From NCBI RefSeq assembly GCF_003334385.1, contig NZ_QOWN01000026.1: DNA of 64,000 nt; one strand, written 5' to 3'. The position numbers were made by a program, and so were the translations under genes. The notes below the pieces were generated by a model. That model was not told the DNA's origin and did no database searches. It was given only the letters and a program-made list of their open reading frames with translations. Numbering within the stretch: position 1 is the first letter of the stretch; each line of letters starts with the position of its first letter. This document shows, piece by piece, positions 36,544 to 47,530 of this stretch. Origin of the DNA: Escherichia coli. Lineage in GTDB: Bacteria > Pseudomonadota > Gammaproteobacteria > Enterobacterales > Enterobacteriaceae.

Positions 36544-37812
36544 ATGTATGATTTTGTGATTATTGGCGGCGGCATCATCGGCATGTCGACCGCCATGCAA
36601 CTGATTGATGTCTATCCGGACGCCCGCATTGCGTTGCTGGAAAAAGAGTCCGGCCCGGCCTGTCACCAGACGGGCCACAACAGCGGCGTGATCCATGCCG
36701 GGGTCTATTACACGCCCGGCAGCCTGAAGGCGCAGTTTTGCCTGGCGGGAAACCGCGCCACCAAAGCCTTTTGCGATCAAAACGGCATTCGCTACGACAA
36801 CTGCGGCAAGATGCTGGTTGCCACGTCCGATCTCGAAATGGAACGGATGCGCGCCTTATGGGAACGCACAGCGGCGAACGGTATCGAGCGCGAATGGCTT
36901 AACGCCGACGAACTGCGCGAGCGCGAACCGAATATCACCGGGCTCGGCGGCATTTTTGTGCCGTCCAGCGGCATTGTCAGCTACCGCGACGTGACGGCGG
37001 CGATGGCAAAAATCTTCCAGTCCAGAGGCGGTGAAATTATCTATAACGCCGAAGTCAGCGGGCTTAATGAGCATAAAAACGGCGTGGTGATACGTACCCG
37101 TCAGGGCGGCGAATATGAAGCATCAACGCTGATTAGCTGTTCCGGGCTGATGGCTGACCGGCTGGTGAAAATGCTCGGACTCGAACCGGGCTTTATCATC
37201 TGCCCGTTCCGTGGCGAGTATTTCCGCCTTGCGCCGGAGCATAACCAGATTGTTAACCACCTGATTTACCCCATTCCCGACCCGGCAATGCCGTTTTTGG
37301 GCGTTCATCTCACCCGCATGATCGACGGCAGCGTGACCGTCGGGCCAAACGCGGTGCTGGCTTTCAAACGCGAAGGCTATCGCAAGCGCGACTTCTCATT
37401 TAGCGACACGCTGGAGATTTTGGGCTCGTCGGGGATTCGCCGGGTGCTGCAAAACCATCTACGCTCAGGACTGGGCGAGATGAAAAACTCGCTGTGCAAA
37501 AGCGGCTATCTGCGGCTGGTGCAAAAGTATTGTCCCCGGCTTTCGTTAAGCGATCTCCAGCCCTGGCCCGCCGGTGTGCGGGCGCAGGCGGTATCGCCGG
37601 ACGGCAAGCTGATTGACGATTTTCTGTTTGTCACCACCCCGCGCACGATCCACACCTGCAATGCGCCCTCCCCGGCAGCGACATCAGCAATTCCTATTGG
37701 TGCGCATATTGTCAGCAAGGTACAAACGCTGTTGGCAAGCCAGAGTAACCCCGGACGCACGCTGCGAGCGGCACGTAGTGTGGATGCCTTACACGCCGCA
37801 TTTAATCAATAA
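36544..37812 (+). CDS. lhgO: L-2-hydroxyglutarate dehydrogenase/oxidase (FAD)
   Basis: ORF 36478-37812; start placed at MYDFVIIGGGIIG (FAD-binding GxGxxG) to give 422 aa. Confidence 0.93.
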   Translation: MYDFVIIGGGIIGMSTAMQLIDVYPDARIALLEKESGPACHQTGHNSGVIHAGVYYTPGSLKAQFCLAGNRATKAFCDQNGIRYDNCGKMLVATSDLEMERMRALWERTAANGIEREWLNADELREREPNITGLGGIFVPSSGIVSYRDVTAAMAKIFQSRGGEIIYNAEVSGLNEHKNGVVIRTRQGGEYEASTLISCSGLMADRLVKMLGLEPGFIICPFRGEYFRLAPEHNQIVNHLIYPIPDPAMPFLGVHLTRMIDGSVTVGPNAVLAFKREGYRKRDFSFSDTLEILGSSGIRRVLQNHLRSGLGEMKNSLCKSGYLRLVQKYCPRLSLSDLQPWPAGVRAQAVSPDGKLIDDFLFVTTPRTIHTCNAPSPAATSAIPIGAHIVSKVQTLLASQSNPGRTLRAARSVDALHAAFNQ

Positions 37813-37834
37813 CCTTTGAAAACAGGATGTAGCG

Positions 37835-39283
37835 ATGAAACTTAACGACAGTAACTTATTCCGCCAGCAGGCGTTGATTAACGGGGAATGGCTGGACGCC
37901 AACAATGGTGAAGCCATCGACGTCACCAATCCGGCGAACGGCGACAAGCTGGGTAGCGTGCCGAAAATGGGCGCGGATGAAACCCGCGCCGCTATCGACG
38001 CCGCCAACCGCGCCCTGCCCGCCTGGCGCGCGCTCACCGCCAAAGAACGCGCCACCATTCTGCGCAACTGGTTCAATTTGATGATGGAGCATCAGGACGA
38101 TTTAGCGCGCCTGATGACCCTCGAACAGGGTAAACCACTGGCCGAAGCGAAAGGCGAAATCAGCTACGCCGCCTCCTTTATTGAGTGGTTTGCCGAAGAA
38201 GGCAAACGCATTTATGGCGACACCATTCCTGGTCATCAGGCCGATAAACGCCTGATTGTTATCAAGCAGCCGATTGGCGTCACCGCGGCTATCACGCCGT
38301 GGAACTTCCCGGCGGCGATGATTACCCGCAAAGCCGGTCCGGCGCTGGCAGCAGGCTGCACCATGGTGCTGAAGCCCGCCAGTCAGACGCCGTTCTCTGC
38401 GCTGGCGCTGGCGGAGCTGGCGATCCGCGCGGGCGTTCCGGCTGGGGTATTTAACGTGGTCACCGGTTCGGCGGGCGCGGTCGGTAACGAACTGACCAGT
38501 AACCCGCTGGTGCGCAAACTGTCGTTTACCGGTTCGACCGAAATTGGCCGCCAGTTAATGGAACAGTGCGCGAAAGACATCAAGAAAGTGTCGCTGGAGC
38601 TGGGCGGTAACGCGCCGTTTATCGTCTTTGACGATGCCGACCTCGACAAAGCCGTGGAAGGCGCGCTGGCCTCGAAATTCCGCAACGCCGGGCAAACCTG
38701 CGTCTGCGCCAACCGCCTGTATGTGCAGGACGGCGTGTATGACCGTTTTGCCGAAAAATTGCAGCAGGCAGTGAGCAAACTGCACATCGGCGACGGGCTG
38801 GATAACGGCGTCACCATCGGGCCGCTGATCGATGAAAAAGCGGTAGCAAAAGTGGAAGAGCATATTGCCGATGCGCTGGAGAAAGGCGCGCGCGTGGTTT
38901 GCGGCGGTAAAGCGCACGAACGCGGCGGCAACTTCTTCCAGCCGACCATTCTGGTGGACGTTCCGGCCAACGCCAAAGTGTCGAAAGAAGAGACGTTCGG
39001 CCCCCTCGCCCCGCTGTTCCGCTTTAAAGATGAAGCTGATGTGATTGCGCAAGCCAATGACACCGAGTTTGGCCTTGCCGCCTATTTCTACGCCCGTGAT
39101 TTAAGCCGCGTCTTCCGCGTGGGCGAAGCGCTGGAGTACGGCATCGTCGGCATCAATACCGGCATTATTTCCAATGAAGTGGCCCCGTTCGGCGGCATCA
39201 AAGCCTCGGGTCTGGGTCGTGAAGGTTCGAAGTATGGCATCGAAGATTACTTAGAAATCAAATATATGTGCATCGGTCTTTAA
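37835..39283 (+). CDS. gabD: Succinate-semialdehyde dehydrogenase (NADP+)
   Basis: 482-aa ORF, aldehyde dehydrogenase family. Confidence 0.95.
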   Translation: MKLNDSNLFRQQALINGEWLDANNGEAIDVTNPANGDKLGSVPKMGADETRAAIDAANRALPAWRALTAKERATILRNWFNLMMEHQDDLARLMTLEQGKPLAEAKGEISYAASFIEWFAEEGKRIYGDTIPGHQADKRLIVIKQPIGVTAAITPWNFPAAMITRKAGPALAAGCTMVLKPASQTPFSALALAELAIRAGVPAGVFNVVTGSAGAVGNELTSNPLVRKLSFTGSTEIGRQLMEQCAKDIKKVSLELGGNAPFIVFDDADLDKAVEGALASKFRNAGQTCVCANRLYVQDGVYDRFAEKLQQAVSKLHIGDGLDNGVTIGPLIDEKAVAKVEEHIADALEKGARVVCGGKAHERGGNFFQPTILVDVPANAKVSKEETFGPLAPLFRFKDEADVIAQANDTEFGLAAYFYARDLSRVFRVGEALEYGIVGINTGIISNEVAPFGGIKASGLGREGSKYGIEDYLEIKYMCIGL

Positions 39284-39296
39284 CTGGAGAATGCGA

Positions 39297-40577
39297 ATGA
39301 ACAGCAATAAAGAGTTAATGCAGCGCCGCAGTCAGGCGATTCCCCGTGGCGTTGGGCAAATTCACCCGATTTTCGCTGACCGCGCGGAAAACTGCCGGGT
39401 GTGGGACGTTGAAGGCCGTGAGTATCTTGATTTCGCGGGCGGGATTGCGGTGCTCAATACCGGGCACCTGCATCCGAAGGTGGTGGCCGCGGTGGAAGCG
39501 CAGTTGAAAAAACTGTCGCACACCTGCTTCCAGGTGCTGGCTTACGAGCCGTATCTGGAGCTGTGCGAGATTATGAATCAGAAGGTGCCGGGCGATTTCG
39601 CCAAGAAAACGCTGCTGGTTACGACCGGTTCCGAAGCGGTGGAAAACGCGGTAAAAATCGCCCGCGCCGCCACCAAACGTAGCGGCACCATCGCTTTTAG
39701 CGGCGCGTATCACGGGCGCACGCATTACACGCTGGCGCTGACCGGCAAGGTGAATCCGTACTCTGCGGGCATGGGGCTGATGCCGGGTCATGTTTATCGC
39801 GCGCTTTATCCTTGCCCGCTGCACGGCATAAGCGAGGATGACGCTATCGCCAGCATCCACCGGATCTTCAAAAATGATGCCGCGCCGGAAGATATCGCCG
39901 CCATCGTGATTGAGCCGGTTCAGGGCGAAGGCGGTTTCTACGCCTCGTCGCCAGCCTTTATGCAGCGTTTACGCGCTCTGTGTGACGAGCACGGGATCAT
40001 GCTGATTGCCGATGAAGTGCAGAGCGGCGCGGGGCGTACCGGCACGCTGTTTGCGATGGAGCAGATGGGCGTTGCGCCGGATCTTACCACCTTTGCGAAA
40101 TCGATCGCGGGCGGCTTCCCGCTGGCGGGCGTCACCGGGCGCGCGGAAGTAATGGATGCCGTCGCTCCAGGCGGTCTGGGCGGCACCTATGCGGGTAACC
40201 CGATTGCCTGCGTGGCTGCGCTGGAAGTGTTGAAGGTGTTTGAGCAGGAAAATCTGCTGCAAAAAGCCAACGATCTGGGGCAGAAGTTGAAAGACGGATT
40301 GCTGGCGATAGCCGAAAAACACCCGGAGATCGGCGACGTACGCGGGCTGGGGGCGATGATCGCCATTGAGCTGTTTGAAGACGGCGATCACAACAAGCCG
40401 GACGCCAAACTCACCGCCGAGATCGTGGCTCGCGCCCGCGATAAAGGCCTGATTCTTCTCTCCTGCGGCCCGTATTACAACGTGCTGCGCATCCTTGTAC
40501 CGCTCACCATTGAAGACGCTCAGATCCGTCAGGGTCTGGAGATCATCAGCCAGTGTTTTGATGAGGCGAAGCAGTAG
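39297..40577 (+). CDS. gabT: 4-aminobutyrate aminotransferase
   Basis: ORF 39291-40577; start placed at MNSNKELMQRR to give 426 aa. Confidence 0.95.
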   Translation: MNSNKELMQRRSQAIPRGVGQIHPIFADRAENCRVWDVEGREYLDFAGGIAVLNTGHLHPKVVAAVEAQLKKLSHTCFQVLAYEPYLELCEIMNQKVPGDFAKKTLLVTTGSEAVENAVKIARAATKRSGTIAFSGAYHGRTHYTLALTGKVNPYSAGMGLMPGHVYRALYPCPLHGISEDDAIASIHRIFKNDAAPEDIAAIVIEPVQGEGGFYASSPAFMQRLRALCDEHGIMLIADEVQSGAGRTGTLFAMEQMGVAPDLTTFAKSIAGGFPLAGVTGRAEVMDAVAPGGLGGTYAGNPIACVAALEVLKVFEQENLLQKANDLGQKLKDGLLAIAEKHPEIGDVRGLGAMIAIELFEDGDHNKPDAKLTAEIVARARDKGLILLSCGPYYNVLRILVPLTIEDAQIRQGLEIISQCFDEAKQ

Positions 40578-40584
40578 CGCCGCT

Positions 40585-40690
40585 CCTATGCCGGAGGCGA
40601 CGCTGCGCGTCTTGTCCGGCCTACGGGGATCCAGGTCGGATAAGGCGTTTACGCCGCATCCGACAATCTGTACGTGAACAGGAAGAAATC
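40585..40690. repeat. REP/BIME elements between gabT and gabP
   Basis: GCCGGAGGCGACGCTGCGCGTCTTGTCCGGCCTAC and CGGATAAGGCGTTTACGCCGCATCCGACA are typical REP palindromic units. Confidence 0.8.
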
Positions 40691-40814
40691 TATGTTGGCC
40701 GGGTAAGGCGGAGCCGCTCTCCGGCAAAAAGAATCAATAACAATTATACGCGTGACCCGGCGCGGGAAATGTCGGGGCGCTCTCCCAAGTGACACACTTT
40801 CGAGAGGATTCAGG

Positions 40815-42215
40815 ATGGGGCAATCATCGCAACCACATGAGTTAGGCGGCGGGCTGAAGTCACGCCACGTCACCATGTTGTCTATTGCCGGTGTTATCGG
40901 CGCAAGTCTGTTTGTCGGTTCCAGCGTCGCCATCGCCGAAGCGGGCCCGGCGGTATTACTGGCCTATCTGTTCGCCGGGCTACTGGTGGTTATGATTATG
41001 CGGATGTTGGCGGAAATGGCGGTTGCCACGCCCGATACCGGTTCGTTTTCCACCTATGCCGATAAAGCCATTGGTCGCTGGGCGGGCTATACCATCGGCT
41101 GGTTGTACTGGTGGTTTTGGGTACTGGTTATCCCGCTGGAAGCCAACATCGCCGCCATGATCCTGCACTCATGGGTTCCAGGCATTCCCATCTGGTTATT
41201 TTCCCTCGTCATTACCCTCGCCTTAACTGGCAGTAACTTATTAAGCGTTAAAAACTACGGCGAATTTGAGTTCTGGCTGGCGCTGTGCAAAGTCATCGCT
41301 ATCCTGGCCTTTATTTTCCTTGGTGCAGTCGCAATTAGCGGTTTTTACCCGTATGCCGAAGTGAGCGGGATCTCAAGATTGTGGGATAGCGGCGGCTTTA
41401 TGCCCAACGGTTTCGGTGCGGTATTAAGCGCGATGTTGATCACCATGTTCTCGTTTATGGGCGCAGAAATTGTCACCATTGCCGCCGCGGAATCCGACAC
41501 GCCGGAAAAACATATTGTCCGCGCCACCAACTCGGTTATCTGGCGTATTTCTATCTTCTATTTATGTTCTATTTTTGTCGTCGTGGCATTAATTCCGTGG
41601 AATATGCCCGGACTAAAAGCCGTCGGTTCTTATCGCTCGGTACTGGAATTGCTCAATATTCCCCATGCGAAATTAATCATGGACTGCGTGATATTACTTT
41701 CCGTAACCAGTTGCCTGAACTCGGCGCTGTATACCGCGTCAAGGATGCTCTACTCCTTAAGTCGTCGCGGTGATGCTCCCGCGGTAATGGGTAAAATCAA
41801 CCGCAGTAAAACCCCGTACGTGGCGGTGTTACTCTCCACCGGCGCGGCATTCTTAACGGTGGTGGTGAACTATTACGCGCCTGCGAAGGTATTTAAATTT
41901 CTGATCGACAGCTCCGGCGCTATCGCCCTGCTGGTTTATTTAGTCATCGCCGTTTCACAGTTGCGGATGCGCAAAATTCTGCGAGCAGAAGGAAGCGAAA
42001 TTCGCTTGCGAATGTGGCTTTATCCGTGGCTCACCTGGCTAGTCATCGGCTTTATTACCTTTGTGTTGGTAGTGATGCTATTCCGTCCGGCGCAACAGTT
42101 AGAAGTGATCTCCACCGGCTTATTAGCGATAGGGATTATCTGTACCGTGCCAATTATGGCTCGCTGGAAAAAGCTGGTATTGTGGCAAAAAACACCCGTT
42201 CATAATACGCGCTGA
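40815..42215 (+). CDS. gabP: GABA permease (APC family)
   Basis: ORF 40752-42215; start placed at MGQSSQPHELGGG to give 466 aa. Confidence 0.95.
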   Translation: MGQSSQPHELGGGLKSRHVTMLSIAGVIGASLFVGSSVAIAEAGPAVLLAYLFAGLLVVMIMRMLAEMAVATPDTGSFSTYADKAIGRWAGYTIGWLYWWFWVLVIPLEANIAAMILHSWVPGIPIWLFSLVITLALTGSNLLSVKNYGEFEFWLALCKVIAILAFIFLGAVAISGFYPYAEVSGISRLWDSGGFMPNGFGAVLSAMLITMFSFMGAEIVTIAAAESDTPEKHIVRATNSVIWRISIFYLCSIFVVVALIPWNMPGLKAVGSYRSVLELLNIPHAKLIMDCVILLSVTSCLNSALYTASRMLYSLSRRGDAPAVMGKINRSKTPYVAVLLSTGAAFLTVVVNYYAPAKVFKFLIDSSGAIALLVYLVIAVSQLRMRKILRAEGSEIRLRMWLYPWLTWLVIGFITFVLVVMLFRPAQQLEVISTGLLAIGIICTVPIMARWKKLVLWQKTPVHNTR

Positions 42216-42235
42216 TCATGATCAGGAGTCACACC

Positions 42236-42898
42236 ATGACCATTACGTCTCTGGATGGCTATCGCTGGCTGAAGAACGATATTATTCGCGGTAATTTTCA
42301 ACCGGATGAAAAATTACGAATGAGTTTGCTGACATCGCGTTATGCACTTGGCGTTGGGCCGTTACGGGAAGCTCTTTCGCAACTGGTGGCGGAACGGCTG
42401 GTCACGGTGGTGAATCAAAAAGGGTATCGGGTGGCGTCTATGTCAGAGCAGGAGCTGCTCGATATTTTCGACGCCCGCGCCAATATGGAAGCGATGTTAG
42501 TGAGTCTGGCGATTGCCCGCGGTGGCGATGAGTGGGAGGCAGACGTTCTCGCAAAAGCGCATCTGCTGAGTAAGCTTGAGGCCTGTGACGCCAGCGAGAA
42601 AATGCTTGATGAGTGGGATCTGCGTCATCAGGCGTTTCATACGGCAATTGTGGCGGGCTGTGGTTCTCACTATTTGCTGCAAATGCGTGAACGGTTGTTT
42701 GATCTGGCGGCGCGTTATCGATTTATCTGGCTGCGGCGAACGGTGCTTTCGGTGGAAATGCTGGAGGATAAACACGATCAGCACCAGACCCTGACTGCGG
42801 CGGTACTGGCGCGAGATACCGCGCGCGCCAGTGAGTTAATGCGCCAGCATTTACTGACGCCAATTCCCATTATCCAGCAGGCGATGGCTGGCAATTAA
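42236..42898 (+). CDS. csiR: GntR-family repressor CsiR
   Basis: ORF 42218-42898; start placed at MTITSLDGYRW to give 220 aa. Confidence 0.9.
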   Translation: MTITSLDGYRWLKNDIIRGNFQPDEKLRMSLLTSRYALGVGPLREALSQLVAERLVTVVNQKGYRVASMSEQELLDIFDARANMEAMLVSLAIARGGDEWEADVLAKAHLLSKLEACDASEKMLDEWDLRHQAFHTAIVAGCGSHYLLQMRERLFDLAARYRFIWLRRTVLSVEMLEDKHDQHQTLTAAVLARDTARASELMRQHLLTPIPIIQQAMAGN

Positions 42899-43348
42899 CT
42901 ACTCTTCCGGAATACGCAACACTTGCCCCGGATAAATTTTATCCGGGCTTTTTAGCATCGGTTTATTCGCTTCGAAGATTTTATTGTACAGATTAGCGTT
43001 ACCGTAGACCTGTTTGGAAATGGCACTCAGAGTGTCGCCAGACTTAACGGTATAAAACTGGCTGGCAGTGGCTGGTGTCGCCGTTTTCACCTGATCATCG
43101 ACACTGGCAATACCGGAAATATTCCCCACCGCAACAAGGATTTTCTCCTTCGCCTCCTGACTCAGGCCGTCACCAGTGACCGTCGCTTTGCCGTCGGCAA
43201 TTTGAATATTCACTTTATCGGCATCCGGTATACCGGTTTTGTTCAGATGCTCCTGCACCTTCTTCGCCTGATCGTCTTTATCGTGCTGACCTGTAACCGC
43301 GTCCCAGAGTTTTTCTCCGGCATCTTTCACAAAATTGAACAGACCCAT
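42899..43348 (-). CDS. kbp: Potassium-binding protein Kbp (BON + LysM domains)
   Basis: ORF 42899-43375; start placed at [13 protein letters not shown] to give 149 aa; its stop abuts the csiR stop. Confidence 0.9.
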
Positions 43349-43431
43349 AGCTACCTCATTCGTTAACGGAAACACTCAGAAAGTGTAGCAGAGGAACGCG
43401 GCGCGTTAACGCCGCGGGGATGAGCACAGGT

Positions 43432-43590
43432 TTAATCGCGGGTTTGCACCCAGAACGCGTGAATCAAACCGGGGATATACCCAAGCAGTGTCAACAGAAT
43501 ATTAATAATGAACGCCCAACCGAACCCTTTACCGAGCAGCACGCCGAGCGGCGGCAGAATGATGGTGATGACGATTCTCCAGAAACCCAT
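43432..43590 (-). CDS. yqaE: Small membrane protein YqaE (Pmp3/UPF0057 family)
   Basis: 52-codon ORF MGFWRIVITIILPPLGVLLGKGFGWAFIINILLTLLGYIPGLIHAFWVQTRD, read by hand; too short for the ORF track. Confidence 0.85.
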   Translation of the reverse strand: MGFWRIVITIILPPLGVLLGKGFGWAFIINILLTLLGYIPGLIHAFWVQTRD

Positions 43591-43772
43591 ATGTACTCCC
43601 TATAAGAAAATTACTCATTGTTTAAAAAGAGATTTTATCTCTTAAGCGTAGTAATTTTAGCGGAGCCTGCCAGTTTCAGCTTACGCTTTTACTCTCATTT
43701 ACGCTGCTGAGGCTGGTATATGTTGCATTTTTAGTTTAGAGTTTACTTAATTTAGAAAATACTTAAATAAAT

Positions 43773-44072
43773 ATGACTGAACTCGCGCAATTACAGGCCA
43801 GTGCCGAACAGGCAGCGGCCTTATTGAAAGCAATGAGCCACCCTAAACGATTGCTGATTCTGTGCATGCTTAGCGGTTCCCCCGGCACCAGCGCGGGAGA
43901 GCTGACGCGCATTACCGGACTGAGTGCCTCTGCGACATCACAGCATCTCGCTCGTATGCGGGACGAAGGGCTTATCGACAGCCAACGGGATGCCCAACGC
44001 ATTCTATATTCCATTAAAAATGAGGCGGTAAATGCCATTATCGCCACCCTGAAAAATGTCTATTGTCCGTAA
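43773..44072 (+). CDS. ygaV: ArsR-family transcriptional regulator YgaV
   Basis: 99-aa ORF with ArsR-type HTH. Confidence 0.9.
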   Translation: MTELAQLQASAEQAAALLKAMSHPKRLLILCMLSGSPGTSAGELTRITGLSASATSQHLARMRDEGLIDSQRDAQRILYSIKNEAVNAIIATLKNVYCP

Positions 44073-44081
44073 GGAGTCACT

Positions 44082-44606
44082 ATGGCTTTGACAACCATTT
44101 CGCCGCATGATGCACAAGAATTAATCGCACGCGGCGCAAAGTTAATCGATATTCGTGATGCTGATGAATATCTTCGTGAACATATTCCTGAAGCAGATCT
44201 GGCTCCATTATCCGTGCTGGAACAGTCAGGTCTTCCGGCTAAATTACGTCACGAGCAAATTATATTCCACTGCCAGGCAGGTAAACGCACCAGTAATAAT
44301 GCCGATAAATTAGCAGCGATTGCCGCCCCCGCAGAAATCTTTTTACTCGAAGATGGGATTGATGGCTGGAAAAAAGCAGGATTGCCAGTAGCGGTAAATA
44401 AATCTCAACCCTTGCCGTTAATGCGCCAGGTGCAGATCGCTGCGGGTGGTTTAATATTAATCGGCGTTGTACTGGGTTATACCGTAAATAGCGGTTTCTT
44501 CTTATTAAGTGGCTTTGTTGGTGCCGGGTTACTGTTTGCAGGAATCAGCGGTTTTTGTGGAATGGCAAGGTTGTTAGATAAGATGCCGTGGAACCAACGA
44601 GCTTGA
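44082..44606 (+). CDS. ygaP: Rhodanese-domain inner-membrane protein YgaP
   Basis: 174-aa ORF with rhodanese catalytic Cys loop (CQAGKRT) and C-terminal TM helices. Confidence 0.9.
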
Positions 44607-44652
44607 GAAGCGACGCCGGACGCGCCCTAGCAGCGACATCCGGCCTCAGTAA

Positions 44653-45057
44653 TTAGATCAGGAAATCGTCGAGAGATTTACCTTCTGCCAGCGCCTGAGC
44701 AATTGGCTTCGGTGTACGGCCCTGACCGGTCCAGGTTTTAGTTTCACCGTTAACATCGGTGAATTTATATTTCGCCGGACGCGGCTGGCGTTTTTTACCA
44801 GCGCGTGGTGCAGCAGCAGAGCTATTACCCAATAACTCTTCCGGGTTAATTCCGTCAGCTTTCATCAGCTCCAGCCAGGTGCTAATTTTTTCCTGGCGCT
44901 CTGCCAGTTCACGCTGCTGCTGTTCTTCTTCTTCACGTCTTTCTTTAGTGACAACCCTGAATTTTTCGAGCATTTCTTCAAGAACGTCAATGGAGAATTC
45001 GCGAGCCATCGCACGGAGGGTGCGAATGTTATTTAAACTTTGTAACATTACGGACAT
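44653..45057 (-). CDS. stpA: H-NS paralogue StpA
   Basis: 134-aa ORF recognised as StpA. Confidence 0.95.
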   Translation of the reverse strand: MSVMLQSLNNIRTLRAMAREFSIDVLEEMLEKFRVVTKERREEEEQQQRELAERQEKISTWLELMKADGINPEELLGNSSAAAPRAGKKRQPRPAKYKFTDVNGETKTWTGQGRTPKPIAQALAEGKSLDDFLI

Positions 45058-45725
45058 AATAAAGAAAACCTTTTAACGCCAAAACAAAAAAAGTATTTCG
45101 TCGCGTAGTGTAAGCGATCACTTATTATATTTCCACAAAATTTAATCTATTTACAGTCCTGCGCGAGATTATTTCAGCTGTTATTTTCTGAAACTCTCAG
45201 AATAATTTCAAGATTATATATTAGCCATTTTGATGAGTAATTTAGATTATTGGTGAACAGAGCGGCGCTCTCTGCTCGCTAATTCCGCAAGCCTGACAAA
45301 ATCAAAGTGAATAAAAATGCAATATAACAGAATAAAAGAAAACATCCATCACTGGTGCTTTCTGCTGTTAATGTACATTGTCTGGCATAAAAAATGCTGA
45401 AAATGACCCAGCTACTACATACACCGAATTCTCTACGCTTATAGCGTTACCTCACCCCCAAACTTTCATTAGTGATATTAAAGGTAAGGCCATATCTAAT
45501 TGATTTAATTAAAAATAAATCATATCGGCATGTAAAAATCCACAATGTACAAAAAACGAGCCGTTACGGAATATTTTATCTACAAAAACTGACTAAATAA
45601 AAATTTTTCACTAATTGATTAGTCATAGCCAGCGATATACGCTATGCGAAAATGCAGATGGCAATGAGATCCACTGCTTTCATCTCCATTAACATCCCAT
45701 TACGCTTTTATTAAGGAGCATTAGC

Positions 45726-46175
45726 ATGTTCTCACCGCAGTCACGCTTGCGTCATGCAGTTGCAGATACGTTCGCGATGGTTGTTTACTGTTCTGTCGTG
45801 AACATGTGTATTGAAGTTTTCCTCTCCGGAATGAGCTTCGAACAGTCTTTTTATTCCAGATTGGTAGCGATTCCGGTGAACATCTTAATTGCATGGCCAT
45901 ACGGTATGTACCGTGATCTGTTTATGCGCGCGGCACGCAAAGTTAACCCGTCGGGCTGGATAAAAAATCTGGCGGATATCCTGGCTTATGTGACGTTCCA
46001 GTCACCGGTGTATGTGGCGATCTTGTTAGTGGTGGGCGCAGACTGGCATCAGATTATGGCGGCGGTCAGTTCAAACATCGTTGTTTCGATGTTGATGGGG
46101 GCGGTTTATGGCTACTTCCTCGATTATTGCCGCCGACTGTTTAAAGTCAGCCGTTACCAGCAGGTAAAAGCCTGA
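45726..46175 (+). CDS. alaE: L-alanine exporter AlaE
   Basis: 149-aa ORF, membrane protein recognised as AlaE/YgaW. Confidence 0.9.
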   Translation: MFSPQSRLRHAVADTFAMVVYCSVVNMCIEVFLSGMSFEQSFYSRLVAIPVNILIAWPYGMYRDLFMRAARKVNPSGWIKNLADILAYVTFQSPVYVAILLVVGADWHQIMAAVSSNIVVSMLMGAVYGYFLDYCRRLFKVSRYQQVKA

Positions 46176-46211
46176 CTCTTCTTTTCGCGACTGGCATCGC
46201 CAGTCGCGTCT

Positions 46212-46556
46212 TTAACTGGCTTCGCCAAATAAACCATTCAAATAACGTTCAAGCGCAACACGCGAACTAAAGCCATGCGGGATACCGTAATGCTCGTGTC
46301 GCTCGCCTGCTAAATAGAGCGGAAATTGCTGGTAATGATCGCAAGTTTTAATATCGGAAGCGGGTTCAGCCAGTGTCGAACTGCGTTCTTTTAATGTTGG
46401 ATGAATTACCAGAGCGGTACGTCCCATTCGCGCTTCGCGATTAACATAGACATAATTTTCCCCACGGCGGTAACCATACGCTTTCTGGGTTACCACATCG
46501 ACAGTAAAACCGACTTTTTCAAGTACGCGCGCCACCTCGTCTGGTCGTAAATACAT
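46212..46556 (-). CDS. ygaC: Uncharacterised protein YgaC (DUF2002)
   Basis: 114-aa ORF recognised as YgaC. Confidence 0.85.
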
Positions 46557-46707
46557 ATTTGATCCTCGTTATTATCAACCGCGGGCCTACCTTACCTGAT
46601 TGCGCATTCACAACGCTTTCAGAAAAGTCCATAAAGCCGCGATGAACCTCAGTTAAGAAAATTATGGTCTACACTGAAAATTACATCGAATTCTAATGGG
46701 GGATCAT

Positions 46708-47037
46708 ATGTTTAACCGACCGAACCGCAACGACGTTGATGATGGCGTGCAGGATATCCAGAATGATGTCAATCAATTAGCTGACAGCCTCGAATCTGTA
46801 TTGAAGTCCTGGGGCAGCGACGCCAAAGGGGAAGCTGAAGCCGCACGCAGTAAAGCTCAGGCATTGCTGAAAGAAACCAGGGCGCGAATGCATGGTCGTA
46901 CTCGCGTCCAGCAAGCCGCGCGCGATGCCGTTGGCTGCGCGGATTCTTTTGTTCGTGAAAGACCCTGGTGTAGCGTGGGTACAGCAGCTGCGGTAGGTAT
47001 TTTTATCGGCGCACTGTTAAGCATGCGCAAATCGTAG
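46708..47037 (+). CDS. ygaM: ElaB/YqjD-family membrane-anchored protein YgaM
   Basis: ORF 46696-47037; start placed at MFNRPNRNDVDDG to give 109 aa; C-terminal TM anchor. Confidence 0.85.
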   Translation: MFNRPNRNDVDDGVQDIQNDVNQLADSLESVLKSWGSDAKGEAEAARSKAQALLKETRARMHGRTRVQQAARDAVGCADSFVRERPWCSVGTAAAVGIFIGALLSMRKS

Positions 47038-47164
47038 TGCAAAAATGATAATAAATACGCGTCTTTGACCCCGAAGCCTGTCTTCGGGGTTTCTTTTTGC
47101 CTGGTGAATCACAAAAATCCCCCTACCCCGTCACGCTCATATCCAGGGTAATTTCGACCACTAT

Positions 47165-47215
47165 TTGCTATATATTGTGTGGTTGAATCTTTTTTCAACT
47201 ACATCTAGTATCTCT
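47165..47215 (+). promoter_or_regulatory. Putative NrdR/Fur operator region of the nrdHIEF promoter
   Basis: TTGCTATATATTGTGTGG contains an NrdR-box-like palindrome (ACAATATATAT); second box not confidently placed. Confidence 0.35.
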
Positions 47216-47284
47216 GTATCAACAGAGAGACAACCCGACGCGTATCATCGCGCCGTATCTTCATTTTAAACGGAAATACGAATC

Positions 47285-47530
47285 ATGCGCATTACTATTT
47301 ACACTCGTAACGATTGCGTTCAGTGCCACGCCACCAAACGGGCGATGGAAAACCGGGGCTTTGATTTTGAAATGATTAATGTCGATCGCGTTCCTGAAGC
47401 GGCAGAAGCGTTGCGTGCTCAGGGCTTTCGTCAGTTGCCGGTAGTGATTGCTGGCGATCTTAGCTGGTCTGGTTTCCGTCCGGACATGATTAACCGTCTG
47501 CATCCAGCGCCACACGCGGCCAGTGCATGA
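47285..47530 (+). CDS. nrdH: Glutaredoxin-like protein NrdH
   Basis: 81-aa ORF with CVQC redox motif. Confidence 0.95.

Noticed and set aside
38383-40727. Long minus-strand ORFs (226 aa and 252 aa) inside gabD and gabT
   Set aside because: Antisense ORFs in GC-rich, strongly codon-biased genes; Ala/Arg/Pro-rich translations typical of the wrong frame.
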